DNA from: an uncultured Verrucomicrobiae bacterium
Lineage (GTDB): Bacteria; Verrucomicrobiota; Verrucomicrobiia; Limisphaerales; Palsa-1400
Reading direction: 5' to 3'
DNA length: 64,000 bases
Assembly (NCBI GenBank): GCA_963707025.1
Contig: CAVPOM010000012.1
Span: 128,001 to 192,000, forward strand
Shown: in pieces, positions 51,730-62,178 of the stretch
Layout of the letters: every line of letters starts with the position of its first letter
Numbering within the stretch: position 1 is the first letter of the stretch
Program-made: the position numbers and the translations under genes
Notes under the pieces: generated by a model
Seen by the model: only the letters and a program-made list of their open reading frames with translations
Databases searched by the model: none
Told to the model about the DNA's origin: nothing

Positions 51730-52161
51730 TCAGGGCGGGGCTTGCGGGAATATCTGGTAGAGGATGAGGTAAACAACCACGCCGGTCACGGAAACATACA
51801 TCCACAAGGGCCAGGTCCAGCGGGCGATCTTTTTGTGCAGCTCAAACCGCTCTTTCAAGGCGCGATGCAAGGTCACCAAAATCAGCGGAACGATCACCGC
51901 GGCCAGAATAGTGTGGGTCGTCAAAAGGACTAGATAGTAGGGACGAAACCAGGCCGGGTTCTGGAATTTGGTAAAGCCGCCCAGGCAGTGGTAGGTCAGA
52001 TAACAAATCAGGAAAAGGACGGAGGTGGCAAAGGCGGCGATCATGCAGGCGCGATGGGCCGCCACCTGCTTGCGCTTGATGCAGACAAATCCGGCCGCAA
52101 GCAGCAGGGCGCTCAGGCCGTTGAGTGTGGCGTTGACCGCCGGCAAATCATGCACCGTCAT
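51730..52161 (-). CDS. DUF420 membrane protein
   Basis: LPAVNATLN, H..CM..AF, HKKIARWTWP.W.YVSVTG. Confidence 0.9.
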   Translation of the reverse strand: MTVHDLPAVNATLNGLSALLLAAGFVCIKRKQVAAHRACMIAAFATSVLFLICYLTYHCLGGFTKFQNPAWFRPYYLVLLTTHTILAAVIVPLILVTLHRALKERFELHKKIARWTWPLWMYVSVTGVVVYLILYQIFPQAPP

Positions 52162-52171
52162 AATTCAAGAT

Positions 52172-52798
52172 TCACGATTCCTTGCGCAGGTTCCGGATGG
52201 CCGCGACAATGGCCGGGATGCAGCCGGTGGTTTCACCGTCAAAATAACCCCGGATGCGCCCCTGCTGATCGACCAACACCAGCCGCGTGCTGTGGATGAC
52301 CAGGTCCACCGGCGTTTCCCGCTCGGCGGGTGGCTTGTCCGCCATGCTCAGCTTCAACTCATCCATGGCCAGGTGGCGCATCATTTCCTTGGGGCCGGTC
52401 AAAAAGGTCCAGACTCCGGGGCGGGCGCCGAACCTTTCGCCGTATTTTTTCAGCACGGCGGGCGTGTCGTAACCGGGATCGCTGGTCAGGGATACCAAGC
52501 GGACGGACGCACGGGCCGGCAGCGACTCCTGCAGTTCTTTCATGGTGGCGGAGACGATGGGACAGGGACCCAGACACCGGGTAAAAATAAGGTCCACCAC
52601 GCAGATTTGCCCGCGCCAATCGGCCTGGGACACCGTCCGCCCATCCTGATCGCTCAGGGAAAAGCCGGTGACGGCGCCATAGACCGGCAGCGGCCGGGCC
52701 GGCGGCGCGCAGACCAGCGGAGCGACCACCACGGCGAGCACGATCAAGCTCAGGCCGCCCCAAACAAGCGGCTGGATTTTGCGGTTCAGTGGTGACAT
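52172..52798 (-). CDS. SCO-family copper chaperone
   Basis: FTRCLGPCP (CxxxCP), DP.YDTP, HSTRLVLVD. Confidence 0.92.
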   Translation of the reverse strand: MSPLNRKIQPLVWGGLSLIVLAVVVAPLVCAPPARPLPVYGAVTGFSLSDQDGRTVSQADWRGQICVVDLIFTRCLGPCPIVSATMKELQESLPARASVRLVSLTSDPGYDTPAVLKKYGERFGARPGVWTFLTGPKEMMRHLAMDELKLSMADKPPAERETPVDLVIHSTRLVLVDQQGRIRGYFDGETTGCIPAIVAAIRNLRKES

Positions 52799-52896
52799 GG
52801 GGGAATGGGGTGATGGAGTGTGGGAGTGTTGGATTAGTGAAATGGCGCGCGCAATTGGAATCCCCGATACTCCATTACCCCATCACTCCGTTCCCG
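52799..52896. repeat. Inverted octamer arrays (GGRGTGWK)n / (ATYACYCC)n
   Basis: GGGGTGAT GGAGTGTG GGAGTGTT ... GATACTCC ATTACCCC ATCACTCC between sco and cox2. Confidence 0.7.
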
Positions 52897-52901
52897 TCCA
52901 G

Positions 52902-53690
52902 CTATTCATATCCGCTGCCCGCCCCGGCCCCGGCGCTGGAATTCTTGGCCACCCATTTGTCGTAGTCCTGCTGGGAAACGACCTTGAGGATTCCCCTCAT
53001 GCCGTAGTGGCCCAGCCCGCAAAGCTGCGCGCAGTTGATCTGGTAGGTGCCCACCTTTGCCGGAGTGAACCAGGCCGGAATGCTCATGCCCGGAATGGCG
53101 TCCTGCGTCACCCGCATCGGCCGGATGGCAAAACAGTGGATCACGTCCATCGAGCTGATATATGCGACCACCGGTTTATCCACTGGCACGACCAGTTCGT
53201 TGGCAACGATGAAGTTGGATTTGTAATTGGGATCCTTTTTGTCCAGCCCGTAAGGGTTGTCCGCCGACACAAATTCCTTGTCTTGCCTGGCAAATTGGCC
53301 GTTGGCGCCCGGATACCAGCCATGCCAGTTATATTGCGCGGCGATGACTTTAATGGTGGTGACGTTGCCGGGCTTGGCCCCCTTGGGAAATTCTTCCACG
53401 GCATGCGCCCAGAGCGGTATGGCCAGGCCGATGAGCAGCACCGCTTCGATCAGCGCCACCAGCCCTTCCAGGTAAGTTGAGGAATGGTTCTTGACGCCCG
53501 CGTGATCCGCCTTGGGATGGGCGCGGCGGTTGAATTTAAAAAGAACCAGGATGAAATAACCCAGCCACCCGACAAACAGCAGGAGCATCAGGACATGGAC
53601 CCAAAAAATCAGGTTGTCCACCCCAACTCCGGTGGCGGAAGCATCAATCGGCAACCCCAAATACTTTTTCAGGCTCAGTAAGCTGTTCAT
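52902..53690 (-). CDS. ctaC: Cytochrome c oxidase subunit II
   Basis: Two TM helices; DVIH, DAIPG, CAQLCGLGHYGM CuA motif. Confidence 0.95.
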   Translation of the reverse strand: MNSLLSLKKYLGLPIDASATGVGVDNLIFWVHVLMLLLFVGWLGYFILVLFKFNRRAHPKADHAGVKNHSSTYLEGLVALIEAVLLIGLAIPLWAHAVEEFPKGAKPGNVTTIKVIAAQYNWHGWYPGANGQFARQDKEFVSADNPYGLDKKDPNYKSNFIVANELVVPVDKPVVAYISSMDVIHCFAIRPMRVTQDAIPGMSIPAWFTPAKVGTYQINCAQLCGLGHYGMRGILKVVSQQDYDKWVAKNSSAGAGAGSGYE

Positions 53691-53694
53691 CCGG

Positions 53695-53958
53695 TTATGC
53701 CTGGGTTTGTGCGGGCGGCTTTTCCGCTCGTTCCGCCTGTCTCGTGCCCGCGGCTTTGCGCGAAAGGAAAACAAAAAATGAGGCCGCCCCGAGCAGGACC
53801 GCCCCGACCACCGCCATCAAACTGAAAATGCCCGCGTTCAGACTTCGCGCCATGTTGGAATCCGACTTGCCGAAACAAGCGGAGCAGGCCAGCAGGCTGG
53901 CGGGGGAGGCGAACCAGGCCAAAAGCACGGCCCAAGCCCATGTTTTAATTTTTTTCAT
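53695..53958 (-). CDS. Small membrane protein with CxxC (ACSACFG) in cox operon
   Basis: Signal peptide, CSAC, one TM helix; overlaps its neighbour by 4 nt. Confidence 0.75.
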   Translation of the reverse strand: MKKIKTWAWAVLLAWFASPASLLACSACFGKSDSNMARSLNAGIFSLMAVVGAVLLGAASFFVFLSRKAAGTRQAERAEKPPAQTQA

Positions 53959-54161
53959 AGATAACCAATATGCTTGAGTTTTCGCAACACCGCCCGGCCG
54001 TACCAGATCATGCCCAAGCCCGCCAGGATGGAGGCCAGGCCGCCGAGCAACTGCCCCGGCTGGCCGGTCAACCGGTATTGGTTGAGCAGCCAGCCGCCGA
54101 AGAAAAACGCCAGCAGCACCACGCAGGTCACAAATACAAGATGGAATGCCTTCAACGACAT
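53955..54161 (-). CDS. Small 2-TM hypothetical protein in cox operon
   Basis: MSLKAFHLVF...; tightly packed in the operon. Confidence 0.75.
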   Translation of the reverse strand: MSLKAFHLVFVTCVVLLAFFFGGWLLNQYRLTGQPGQLLGGLASILAGLGMIWYGRAVLRKLKHIGYL

Positions 54162-54162
54162 A

Positions 54163-54510
54163 TCAGGGCATGTGTACTATATTGTTGTGCTGCATGGACA
54201 TCACGGTCAGAAACATCAGCGCGGCAAAAAAGAAAACGGTGCAGACCATCACCGAATAAATCAATTTCTTCTCGGAAATGAGGTGCATGAAAAACGCGGC
54301 CACCAAAAAGCCCTTGGTCGAGGCGATGATCAGGGCGACGATGATGTTAAGCTCCCGAGTGGGGAACTTGATAAAGGCGGCCCAGACGGTCATGGCCGTG
54401 CCGATCATCAGCGCCACGCCGACAATGGCGTAGGTGCGCATGTGCTTTTTGGCCTCTTCGACCGCATGCCCGCCCCCGCCGGCGGCCTCTTCTATGGCAG
54501 TTTCATGCAT
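54163..54510 (-). CDS. Cytochrome c oxidase subunit IV family protein
   Basis: Three TM helices; A..K..LV...FMHL. Confidence 0.85.
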   Translation of the reverse strand: MHETAIEEAAGGGGHAVEEAKKHMRTYAIVGVALMIGTAMTVWAAFIKFPTRELNIIVALIIASTKGFLVAAFFMHLISEKKLIYSVMVCTVFFFAALMFLTVMSMQHNNIVHMP

Positions 54511-54517
54511 ATCAGTT

Positions 54518-55318
54518 CTATAACAGGTAAAGCACCGGAAACAGGAAGATCCAGACCAGGTCAACAAAGTGCCAGAAAAGACCGGAGACTTCCACCCGGT
54601 TGGTATAACGCTCCGGGTCGGTCTTCCATACCTTGGCCAAGGGACCCCAAATGACAAAGATCACGATCATCCCGCCAATGACGTGCAAGGCGTGCAGCCC
54701 GGTCAGCACAAAATATATGGCAAAATAGGAACTGTGCCACGGCCCGTAATTCTCGATCTCCTTGCCTTTGCCGTCCGCGCGGTCTTTTATCTCCGCCATG
54801 GGAACTTTAATCTCTTTCAGCGTGCTTTCCTCCGGCGGGGACATCAACTCGGCGTGGTTGGTCACCGTGCGGGCCGCCTCGAACGCAAAAAAGTTCGTGT
54901 CCTTGTTGCCGGGGTCAATATGCCCGTCCACAATGGTGTTGTTCTTGAGTTGAACCTCGTAGTGATGGAATTTGTCGCGGTACTCGAAGCTCTTGATGCC
55001 CAGAAAGGTCAGGGCGCACAGGATGGTGATCCCTTGAAAAACCTTGTAGGAACCGAATCTATTCATCTTCAACGAGGCCCAGCCAAAGACCACGGTGACG
55101 CTGGAAAGTATCAGCACGATGGTGTTGAGCGCCCCCAGCTTGACGTTGAGCAGATGGAGCGGCCAGGTGCCCGGCTCGGCATTGACGCGCAGGAGGATGT
55201 AGGATGAAAAAAGGGCGCCGAAAAGCATGACTTCCGAGGCCAGGAACAGCCAGATCCCAACTTTGGCGTTGTAGAGGCCGGTGTCCGGCCGGGCTTTAAC
55301 TGCGTACGGGATTTCCAT
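54518..55318 (-). CDS. ctaE: Cytochrome c oxidase subunit III
   Basis: WLFLASEVMLF, TGLHALHV, WHFVDLVW. Confidence 0.95.
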   Translation of the reverse strand: MEIPYAVKARPDTGLYNAKVGIWLFLASEVMLFGALFSSYILLRVNAEPGTWPLHLLNVKLGALNTIVLILSSVTVVFGWASLKMNRFGSYKVFQGITILCALTFLGIKSFEYRDKFHHYEVQLKNNTIVDGHIDPGNKDTNFFAFEAARTVTNHAELMSPPEESTLKEIKVPMAEIKDRADGKGKEIENYGPWHSSYFAIYFVLTGLHALHVIGGMIVIFVIWGPLAKVWKTDPERYTNRVEVSGLFWHFVDLVWIFLFPVLYLL

Positions 55319-57177
55319 GCGTCAATGGTTGCGCCTGCTCCGGCTCGTTTTGGGTCGTGAAATCCCGCGCCTGGCCGGGCACGCTGTATTCGTAAGGGCC
55401 GCGGAAAACTTCCAGCGCCTTGTCGAAATTGCCGTGCGGCGGCGGGGTGGGCGTCTGCCAGTCCAGCGTCGTCGCCTCCCACGGATTGTCCGAAGTGACC
55501 TTCCGGCCGTGGTTGATGCTGTGGAAGAAATTGATGATGAAGGGAATTTGCGACAATCCCAAACAAATGGCCGCCACAAATATCGCCCCGTTGAGATCAT
55601 GCACCACGAACTTGCTCAAGCCCGGAATGGCCGGCGAGCCGTTGGCCGCCAGCACCGCCGCATACGTCTGCCCGCCGTCATACATGCGGCGCGACATCCC
55701 CGCCATGCCCTGGAAGAACATCGGCAGAAATACGGCGTTCATGAAAAGGAAGGAGAGGCCAAAATGCACCCGGCCCCAAAATTCGTTCATGAACCGCCCG
55801 GTGATCTTCGGATACCAATAATAAATGCCGGCAAACAACCCGAAAATCGTCCCCGGCGCCACGATGTAATGGAAATGGGCGATGACGTAATAGGTGTCGT
55901 GCAGAAAAATGTCGCTGACGTTGAAACCCAGCGGCAGCCCCGTCAGTCCCCCGATGCCGAACATCGGCAGAAAACCCAGGGCAAAAAGCATCGGCACGGT
56001 AAACCGGATGGACGCGCCCCACAGCGAGATAAACAACGAGGTCAGGATGATGACCGACGGAATGGAAATCATCATCGTCGTCGTCTGGAAGAAGGTCGCG
56101 ATGCGCGTGCCCATGCCCGTCAAATACATGTGATGGGCCCAGACAATGAACGAAAGGAAGCCGATGACCAAAACGGAATACACCATGGAGCGGTAGCCCC
56201 AGATGGGCTTGCGCGTGTTGTTGGCAATTATTTCCGTCACGATCCCCATCGCCGGCAAGATCAACACGTAAACCTCCGGGTGGCCCAGGAACCAGAACAG
56301 ATGCTGCCAGAGCAATGGACTGCCCCCGCCGCTGACATGCAAGGCCGTGCCGGTCACCACCAGCCCGGTGGGCAGGAAAAAGCTCGTGCCCAAAAGATTA
56401 TCCGCCAGTTGCAGGACGCCGGCCGCTTCCAGCGGCGGAAAGGCCAGGAGCAGCAAAAAGGCGGTGACAAATTGCGCCCACACGAAAAACGGCAGGCGGA
56501 ACCAGTTCAGCCCCTTGACCCGCAACTGAATGATGGTGGTAATGAAATTGACCGCCCCCAGGAGCGAGGAGTTGATCAGGCAGACCATGCCGATAATCCA
56601 AAAGGTTTGTCCGTTGGGGCGGTGCGCCAGGTCCCCCACCGTCGCCAGCGGCGAATAGGAGGTCCAGCCTGCCTTGGCCGCCCCCCCGGGAATGAAAAAG
56701 CTGGCCAGCATCAAGATGCCCCCCATGAAATAGAACTGGTAGCTGACCATGTTGACCCGCGGAAAGGTCATGTCCGGCGCTCCGATTTGCAGCGGCGTCA
56801 CAAAATTGCCGAACGCACCGAAGGCCAGCGGCACAATGGCCAGGAACACCATGATCGTCCCGTGCATCGCCCCGTAAGAATTATACAAATCCGACGAGAT
56901 CACCCCCATGCCGCCCCCTTTGTCCGGGGCCGCCGCGCTGATCATGTCCGGCCCGTGGATTTTGAGGAGCAGCTTGCCGATCAGTGGCACCGCCTCCCCC
57001 GGATGGGCGATTTGCCAGCGCATCAACAGCATCAGGCAAAAGCCGAACAACATGAACAGCAGCGCGGTCAGGCCGTACCTGCATGCCGATCACTTTGTGG
57101 TCGGTGGAAAAAATGTATTTCCGCCAAAACCCCAATTCTTCATGATGCGCCTCGTGGGCGTGGGCTGTCTCCTGCAT
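55296..57177 (-). CDS. ctaD: Cytochrome c oxidase subunit I (A1 type); +1 frameshift at 57078
   Basis: STDHKVIG, HGTIM, GHPEVY, WAHHM, AHFH; removing one base gives HKVIGMQYG. Confidence 0.95.
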
Positions 57178-57280
57178 GATTCGCTTCAATTTTGCGCAAG
57201 CAAAAACAATAACTGCATACTCATTCTAATCGCACCGTCCGCTCCCGTCAACGCAAGCCGTTGCCTTTCAAACAGGTATT

Positions 57281-58198
57281 CTACCTCTTATTGATAACCA
57301 TTAACGCAAGTAATAGAGGCAGATAGACAATCGAGGCGTAGAACAAACGCCGCGCCGCCGCCACGCTGATCTGCCGCGAAAATTGCCAGGCGCACGCCAG
57401 AAAACCGGCCCCCAAGGCCAGCGCCCCCGCCAAATAAACCGGCCCAGCCAGCCCGAACAAAAAGGGGCACAAACTGACCGGCAACAAACCCAGGGTGTGG
57501 CTCAAGGCCTGTTTGCCCGTGCGCGCGCCCGTCGGGTCAACCACCGGCAGCATGACAAATCCCGCCCGGGCGTAATCCTCCCGGTACATCCAGGCGATGG
57601 CCAGGAAATGAGGCAGTTGCCAAAAAAACAGGATGGCAAAGAGCGACCAGCCATCGCCGGTCACCGCGCCGCGCGCCGCCGTCCAGCCCATCAACGGCGG
57701 CAGCGCCCCCGGAATGGCCCCGATGGCCGTGTTCAAGGTCGTCCGCCGCTTGAGCGGCGTATAGACCAGCAAATAGCTGGCCAGGGTCAACCCCCCCAGG
57801 CAGGCCGTCAGCCGGTTCACGCTCAGCGCCAAATAGATCATCCCCGCCCCAGCGCAAATCCCCCCGATGAGCAGCGCCGCCTCCGCCGTCAGCCGGCCCG
57901 ACGGCAGCGGTCGGTCCCGCGTGCGGCGCATTTTCGCGTCGTATTCCCGTTCCAGCAGTTGGTTCAAGGCGGAAGCGCCCGCCGCCAGCAGGGCGGTGCC
58001 CAGCATGGTGTGGCCCATCAGGCCCCAGTCCATCGGACCCCGCCAGCCGGCGTAAAAACCGACGAACGTAGTCAACAATACCAAAATCGTCAGCCGCATC
58101 TTGAACAACTCGCTCAGGATGGCCGCGGTGGATTTGTCCGCCGCGCCGGATTTTTCCAGCGCGGGCGCGACGGCAAGGGTTGGAACGGCTGCTTTCAT
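57281..58198 (-). CDS. cyoE: Protoheme IX farnesyltransferase (heme O synthase)
   Basis: ALNQ.LERE.DAKMRRTR.RPLPSG, YTPLKR, WQLPHF. Confidence 0.95.
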   Translation of the reverse strand: MKAAVPTLAVAPALEKSGAADKSTAAILSELFKMRLTILVLLTTFVGFYAGWRGPMDWGLMGHTMLGTALLAAGASALNQLLEREYDAKMRRTRDRPLPSGRLTAEAALLIGGICAGAGMIYLALSVNRLTACLGGLTLASYLLVYTPLKRRTTLNTAIGAIPGALPPLMGWTAARGAVTGDGWSLFAILFFWQLPHFLAIAWMYREDYARAGFVMLPVVDPTGARTGKQALSHTLGLLPVSLCPFLFGLAGPVYLAGALALGAGFLACAWQFSRQISVAAARRLFYASIVYLPLLLALMVINKR

Positions 58199-59457
58199 TA
58201 ACTGCTGGGGGTGATGGTGGAGGAGGAGAGCAAGGTTGTCAGTTCATTTTTTTGCGCCGGGCAATTCCGCCCCGCCGGCGCGGCCAGCCCGCGGAAGGCC
58301 ATGATCGAAATCAGCGCGCCCAGCACCAGGCTCAACGCTCCGCACGCCACATGCGCCGTGGCGATGTCCGCCTTCTTTCCGGTCCAGATGGTGGCGGCCC
58401 CAAGAAAAATTTGCGCCACAATCAGAAAAAACCAGCCGGAGCACAGGCGGCTCAAGCGATGTTGCCGGCCCAGTTGCCGCCGGGCCAGCCAGGCGCAAGT
58501 TCCCACCGTCAGCAGAATGGCCACCGCCATCAGGCGATGCACCATCTGCAGGATGATCTGGAAGGCCGTGATCGGCGCATAGCCCTCCGCCTCCATCCGA
58601 AGCTGGTTGTATTTGAGAACGGAGACCGGGCCGGTGTCGGGCCAGATTTTGCCGTAAGCGGCCGGAAAATCGGGGATGGCCAGCCCGGCATGTTGATGGC
58701 GCATGGTGGCGCCCAGTGCCAACTGCCCCAGTATCAACAACGTCGCCGCCAGAAAAAAGTGCCGCAAGCCCCCGGCGTCGCTCTCCTCCTGCGCCGGCAG
58801 GTTGCGCCAGTAACCCGTGTGGAATAGGGCGATGGCGGACATCAGCACGAAAAACAGTTGGGCCAGCGTCGCGTGGAAAATCCCCAGTTGATCCCGGAGC
58901 AGCGTCACGCGCAAGCCGCCCAGGACGCCCTGGGCCACCACCGCGAAAAACGCCGCCACCCCCAGCCGGCGCAGCCATTTGGGAGACGGCTCGCACTTCG
59001 GCCAGACAAAGCTCCCTGCCAACGCAGCCAGGCCGATGGCTGCGAGCATAATGTCGTCTTCCAGGTGACTTGGGCCGGGCGAGGGCGGATGGAACCAGAG
59101 CGCCACCCCGCCGGCCAGCAGGAGAACGGCTCCGCCCCAGCGCAGGAGCGGGCGCGATTTGCGGCCGAAGAGCCAGAGGGCCAGAATGGTGGTCAGCAAA
59201 CCCACGCCCGAAGCGACCAAGCGGTGGGTGTGTTCAAAAAAAATACCGCCAATCCATTTCGATACCGGGAAGAAAAACAGGTTGTACCCATAGGTGTTCG
59301 GCCAGTCGGGCACCGCCAAGCCCGCCGCGTGGCTGGTCACCAGGCCGCCCATCCAGACCAGCGCGAACGTCGCCGCCGCCGTCAGCAGCGCAAACCGCCG
59401 CAACGCCGGGTTATCCGCCGGGCTGCTTGCAGTTTCCAGTGTTGAACCGTTTTGCAA
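58198..59457 (-). CDS. ctaA: Heme A synthase (COX15/CtaA)
   Basis: GG.V....AGLAVPDWP, EHTHR, QG.LGG, H..LA, QMVHR; start uncertain. Confidence 0.9.
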   Translation of the reverse strand: MQNGSTLETASSPADNPALRRFALLTAAATFALVWMGGLVTSHAAGLAVPDWPNTYGYNLFFFPVSKWIGGIFFEHTHRLVASGVGLLTTILALWLFGRKSRPLLRWGGAVLLLAGGVALWFHPPSPGPSHLEDDIMLAAIGLAALAGSFVWPKCEPSPKWLRRLGVAAFFAVVAQGVLGGLRVTLLRDQLGIFHATLAQLFFVLMSAIALFHTGYWRNLPAQEESDAGGLRHFFLAATLLILGQLALGATMRHQHAGLAIPDFPAAYGKIWPDTGPVSVLKYNQLRMEAEGYAPITAFQIILQMVHRLMAVAILLTVGTCAWLARRQLGRQHRLSRLCSGWFFLIVAQIFLGAATIWTGKKADIATAHVACGALSLVLGALISIMAFRGLAAPAGRNCPAQKNELTTLLSSSTITPSS

Positions 59458-59474
59458 GGTGCGTGTCGCCGCTG

Positions 59475-60200
59475 TTAGGGCGCGGGGGGCGGGACTTCCA
59501 CCGTGAAGTTGGCGGTCACCGCCTTGTCTCCCTCCACCTTGATCGCCTGCGATATTCCCGGCCCGGCGCCCTGGGACTTCTGGTGATAAGCCGTCAGGGT
59601 ATAGTCGCCGGGCGGCAGATTGGGGATTTTGAAATTGCCGTCGGCGTCGGTGATGGCGAAGTAGGGATTGTCCCTCACCCCGATGAAAGCGAACATCCAG
59701 GGGTGAACATCGCATTTGATTCTCACCAGGACTTCCGGTTTGGCGAAAGTCTTCTCGTTGACCTGGCCTTGGCTGCTCTGGGCAATATTGAACTCCTCAT
59801 TGCCGGGGACCACGGGCTTGGCATCAATATTATGCAGAATGGGGTCCGAGTTTTTTATCCTGATTTTCTGCCCCGCCATGATCCCCAAAATATACGGCTG
59901 GTAATTGCACTTCGTTTGATCCAGCTCCACCGCTTCCGACGGCACCGGGTAGGTCTTGCCTTCGCATCCCTTGGAGACATAGACAAACACATTTTTCAAT
60001 CCATTATCCTTGCCCACGACATAATGCCGCGTCGTCAGGGTGGTCGGATGCAACGGCCCGCACTCGTCGGTGAAGGCGATGGCTTTTTCCGGCGGCGGCG
60101 TTCCCTTCAGGGTCACTTTTCCAGTCACATCCGCCGCCCGGGCCATTTGCCACCCGCCGGCCAGCGCGACCGCCGCGAGGACTACAATAGTTTTCTTCAT
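59475..60200 (-). CDS. Secreted cupredoxin-like/carboxypeptidase-regulatory-like protein heading the cox cluster
   Basis: Signal peptide; NSDPILHNI, CDVHPWM, YFA.TD.DG.F.I.NLPPGDY. Confidence 0.8.
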   Translation of the reverse strand: MKKTIVVLAAVALAGGWQMARAADVTGKVTLKGTPPPEKAIAFTDECGPLHPTTLTTRHYVVGKDNGLKNVFVYVSKGCEGKTYPVPSEAVELDQTKCNYQPYILGIMAGQKIRIKNSDPILHNIDAKPVVPGNEEFNIAQSSQGQVNEKTFAKPEVLVRIKCDVHPWMFAFIGVRDNPYFAITDADGNFKIPNLPPGDYTLTAYHQKSQGAGPGISQAIKVEGDKAVTANFTVEVPPPAP

Positions 60201-61096
60201 AGTTGAAACTGCTCAGTTGACACGATAATCAAATTTAATGCCCCCAACTGCGGGGCAACCTTTATTATAGCGCATGATGAATTTTTCACAACCCCATTTT
60301 TCCATTTTTTTTCCATCCGCCAGTCTTGGGTGGCAGGGCGGGTCCCGAATTATCGGGACCCGCCGCACGCAGGTATTGTTCTGACTTTCCGACCGCCGCC
60401 GTCGGCGCCCTCGCCGACCGCCTCTTTGCTTATGATACACCTGATCTTGAACCGGCGAACCGCGGATGTTTGGGGAGCGCGGTCGTCCCGCCCGCCGCGT
60501 TCGGCGTCCCGCCGAACGCCCTTCAGGCGCGCCCTTCTCCGCTCAGGCGGGGATCACCCCTGGCTTATGAAGGGAAACCTCCCGCGTTTTCTCCCTCTCC
60601 TTGGAGGAGAGGGCCGGGGTGAGGTCGAGCTTTATCATCTCCGCGCAGCGCTAATTCTTTCCAATTCTCCCTCTCCTCCAAACACATGTGGAGGACAAAA
60701 AGGGGTCACCCATTAGGGCGGGTGTCAACAGGCAAAACGCTTCTGTCCTCAATTTTCTTTATTGAGTTGTTCCTGGGCCGACCAAATCTTATTTACAGGC
60801 CGCATCCGATCCCTTCATTTCGCTCGCGTGATTCCGTTCGCTCGCGAAAAGAAAAGCGGTCAGTTAATGGTATTGTCATATTTTTCGTTCTCCTCCCCTG
60901 CAAGTGACCGTGCCAGTTTTGCAGGATACCGAATCGTCATTTCGATTACCATGCGCGCCCGAATGCCAAAAATCGGAATTGGAGTCAAGACATATATTAC
61001 AATACCTTTAACTGACCCCTTTTTTGATGACCCCTTTTTTGACCCCTTTTCTTTTCTTTTTTGGAGTGGCGACCGCGTTCTGGAAGAAGGGCGGTA

Positions 61097-61594
61097 TCAG
61101 GCCGCCTCGCCTTTCAACATGAGCACAGGACAACACGCGTCGCGCGCGATGCGGGCGGCGATGTGGCCGTGAAACCAGCGTTGCAGTCCGCGCCACTGGC
61201 CAAGTCCCAAGACAATCAAATCGGCGTTTTGCAGGCTGGCAAGACGCACGATTTCCCGTGGCGGATTACCTTCCCGAACTTCGATATGGACCGTTTGGCC
61301 GGGAGGCAGCTCGCGTTGGGCCAGATCCTGTAATTGGACTCTGCGGTCATGTTCTTGCCGGCGCTGGCGCTCCGCGGCGTCCAAGGTGCGGAAGGACTGC
61401 GGTTCCTCGACCACATTGAGCAACGTCAGGCGGGCGTGATCCCTCTCCGCCATTGCTGCGGCGTGGCGCAGAGCCCGGACTGAAGATTCGGAAAAGTCAA
61501 TTGGAACGACGAGTGTCTGGAGCACGGACGCGTGGGATTTCACGCACTCCGATGCCGCCCTTGCCAGCACTGCGAAATTTTCTTTGATTCTCAT
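61097..61594 (-). CDS. Universal stress protein
   Basis: LVVPIDFSESS.RAL, G.P..EI......ADLIVLG, A.CPVL. Confidence 0.9.
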   Translation of the reverse strand: MRIKENFAVLARAASECVKSHASVLQTLVVPIDFSESSVRALRHAAAMAERDHARLTLLNVVEEPQSFRTLDAAERQRRQEHDRRVQLQDLAQRELPPGQTVHIEVREGNPPREIVRLASLQNADLIVLGLGQWRGLQRWFHGHIAARIARDACCPVLMLKGEAA

Positions 61595-61861
61595 GCGTGT
61601 AAGATAGCGGTGCGGCAACACAACGGATAATTAAAAGGGGAACCGCAAGCGTTAAAATGTTATCAAACACATCAACCGTCAGCAAAGGGGTCGGTTCGTG
61701 GTATTGTCATATTTTAAGGTTGCTTGCCCTGCCCATACAGGAAAGGGGGCACCCAGAGAAAGCCGGGGGGGCAGTCCTAGAAAAATGACATTTCCAGCAG
61801 GCAGCCAAAAGCTTGGTGCGAGCCGGTGTCATTGTTCACTATTTACACTTTTTCGGCATAA

Positions 61862-61969
61862 TCTGCCGGGGTCGTGCTTGCGCGTTCGGCCAACGGGGGC
61901 GTTGATTGGAAGGATTCCACCGGCAAGAATTTGAAGGAATTGCAAGAAGCACAAGCGGGGAATGGATAG
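61862..61969 (+). pseudogene. C-terminal fragment resembling DUF4357
   Basis: Hand translation SAGVVLARSANGGVDWKDSTGKNLKELQ...*; no start codon. Confidence 0.5.
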
Positions 61970-62093
61970 GCAATTTTGCCGCCGATTTCAAATTAAGGCA
62001 CTACGAAGAAATCACCGACACCATCGAACCGGCAAACGACAGGCGGCAGCTTATCGAAGACCTGACCGATCTGATGAAGGGCGGTAAGCTGGA

Positions 62094-62178
62094 TGTAACA
62101 AAATGTAACGGGGTGTAACGGGGGCGGTTTTCGTAAACCGTTGATAATCAACAACTGTAACGGTGTAACGGGTGTAGC
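62094..62178 (+). repeat. TGTAAC iteron-like direct repeats around the palindrome GTTGATAATCAAC
   Basis: TGTAAC at 62094, 62104, 62114 (10-bp period), 62156, 62164; TGTAGC at 62173. Confidence 0.65.

Noticed and set aside
52995..53040. CuA motif CAQLC instead of CxExC
   Set aside because: This residue ligates copper through its backbone carbonyl and Gln variants are known, so it is not evidence of novelty.
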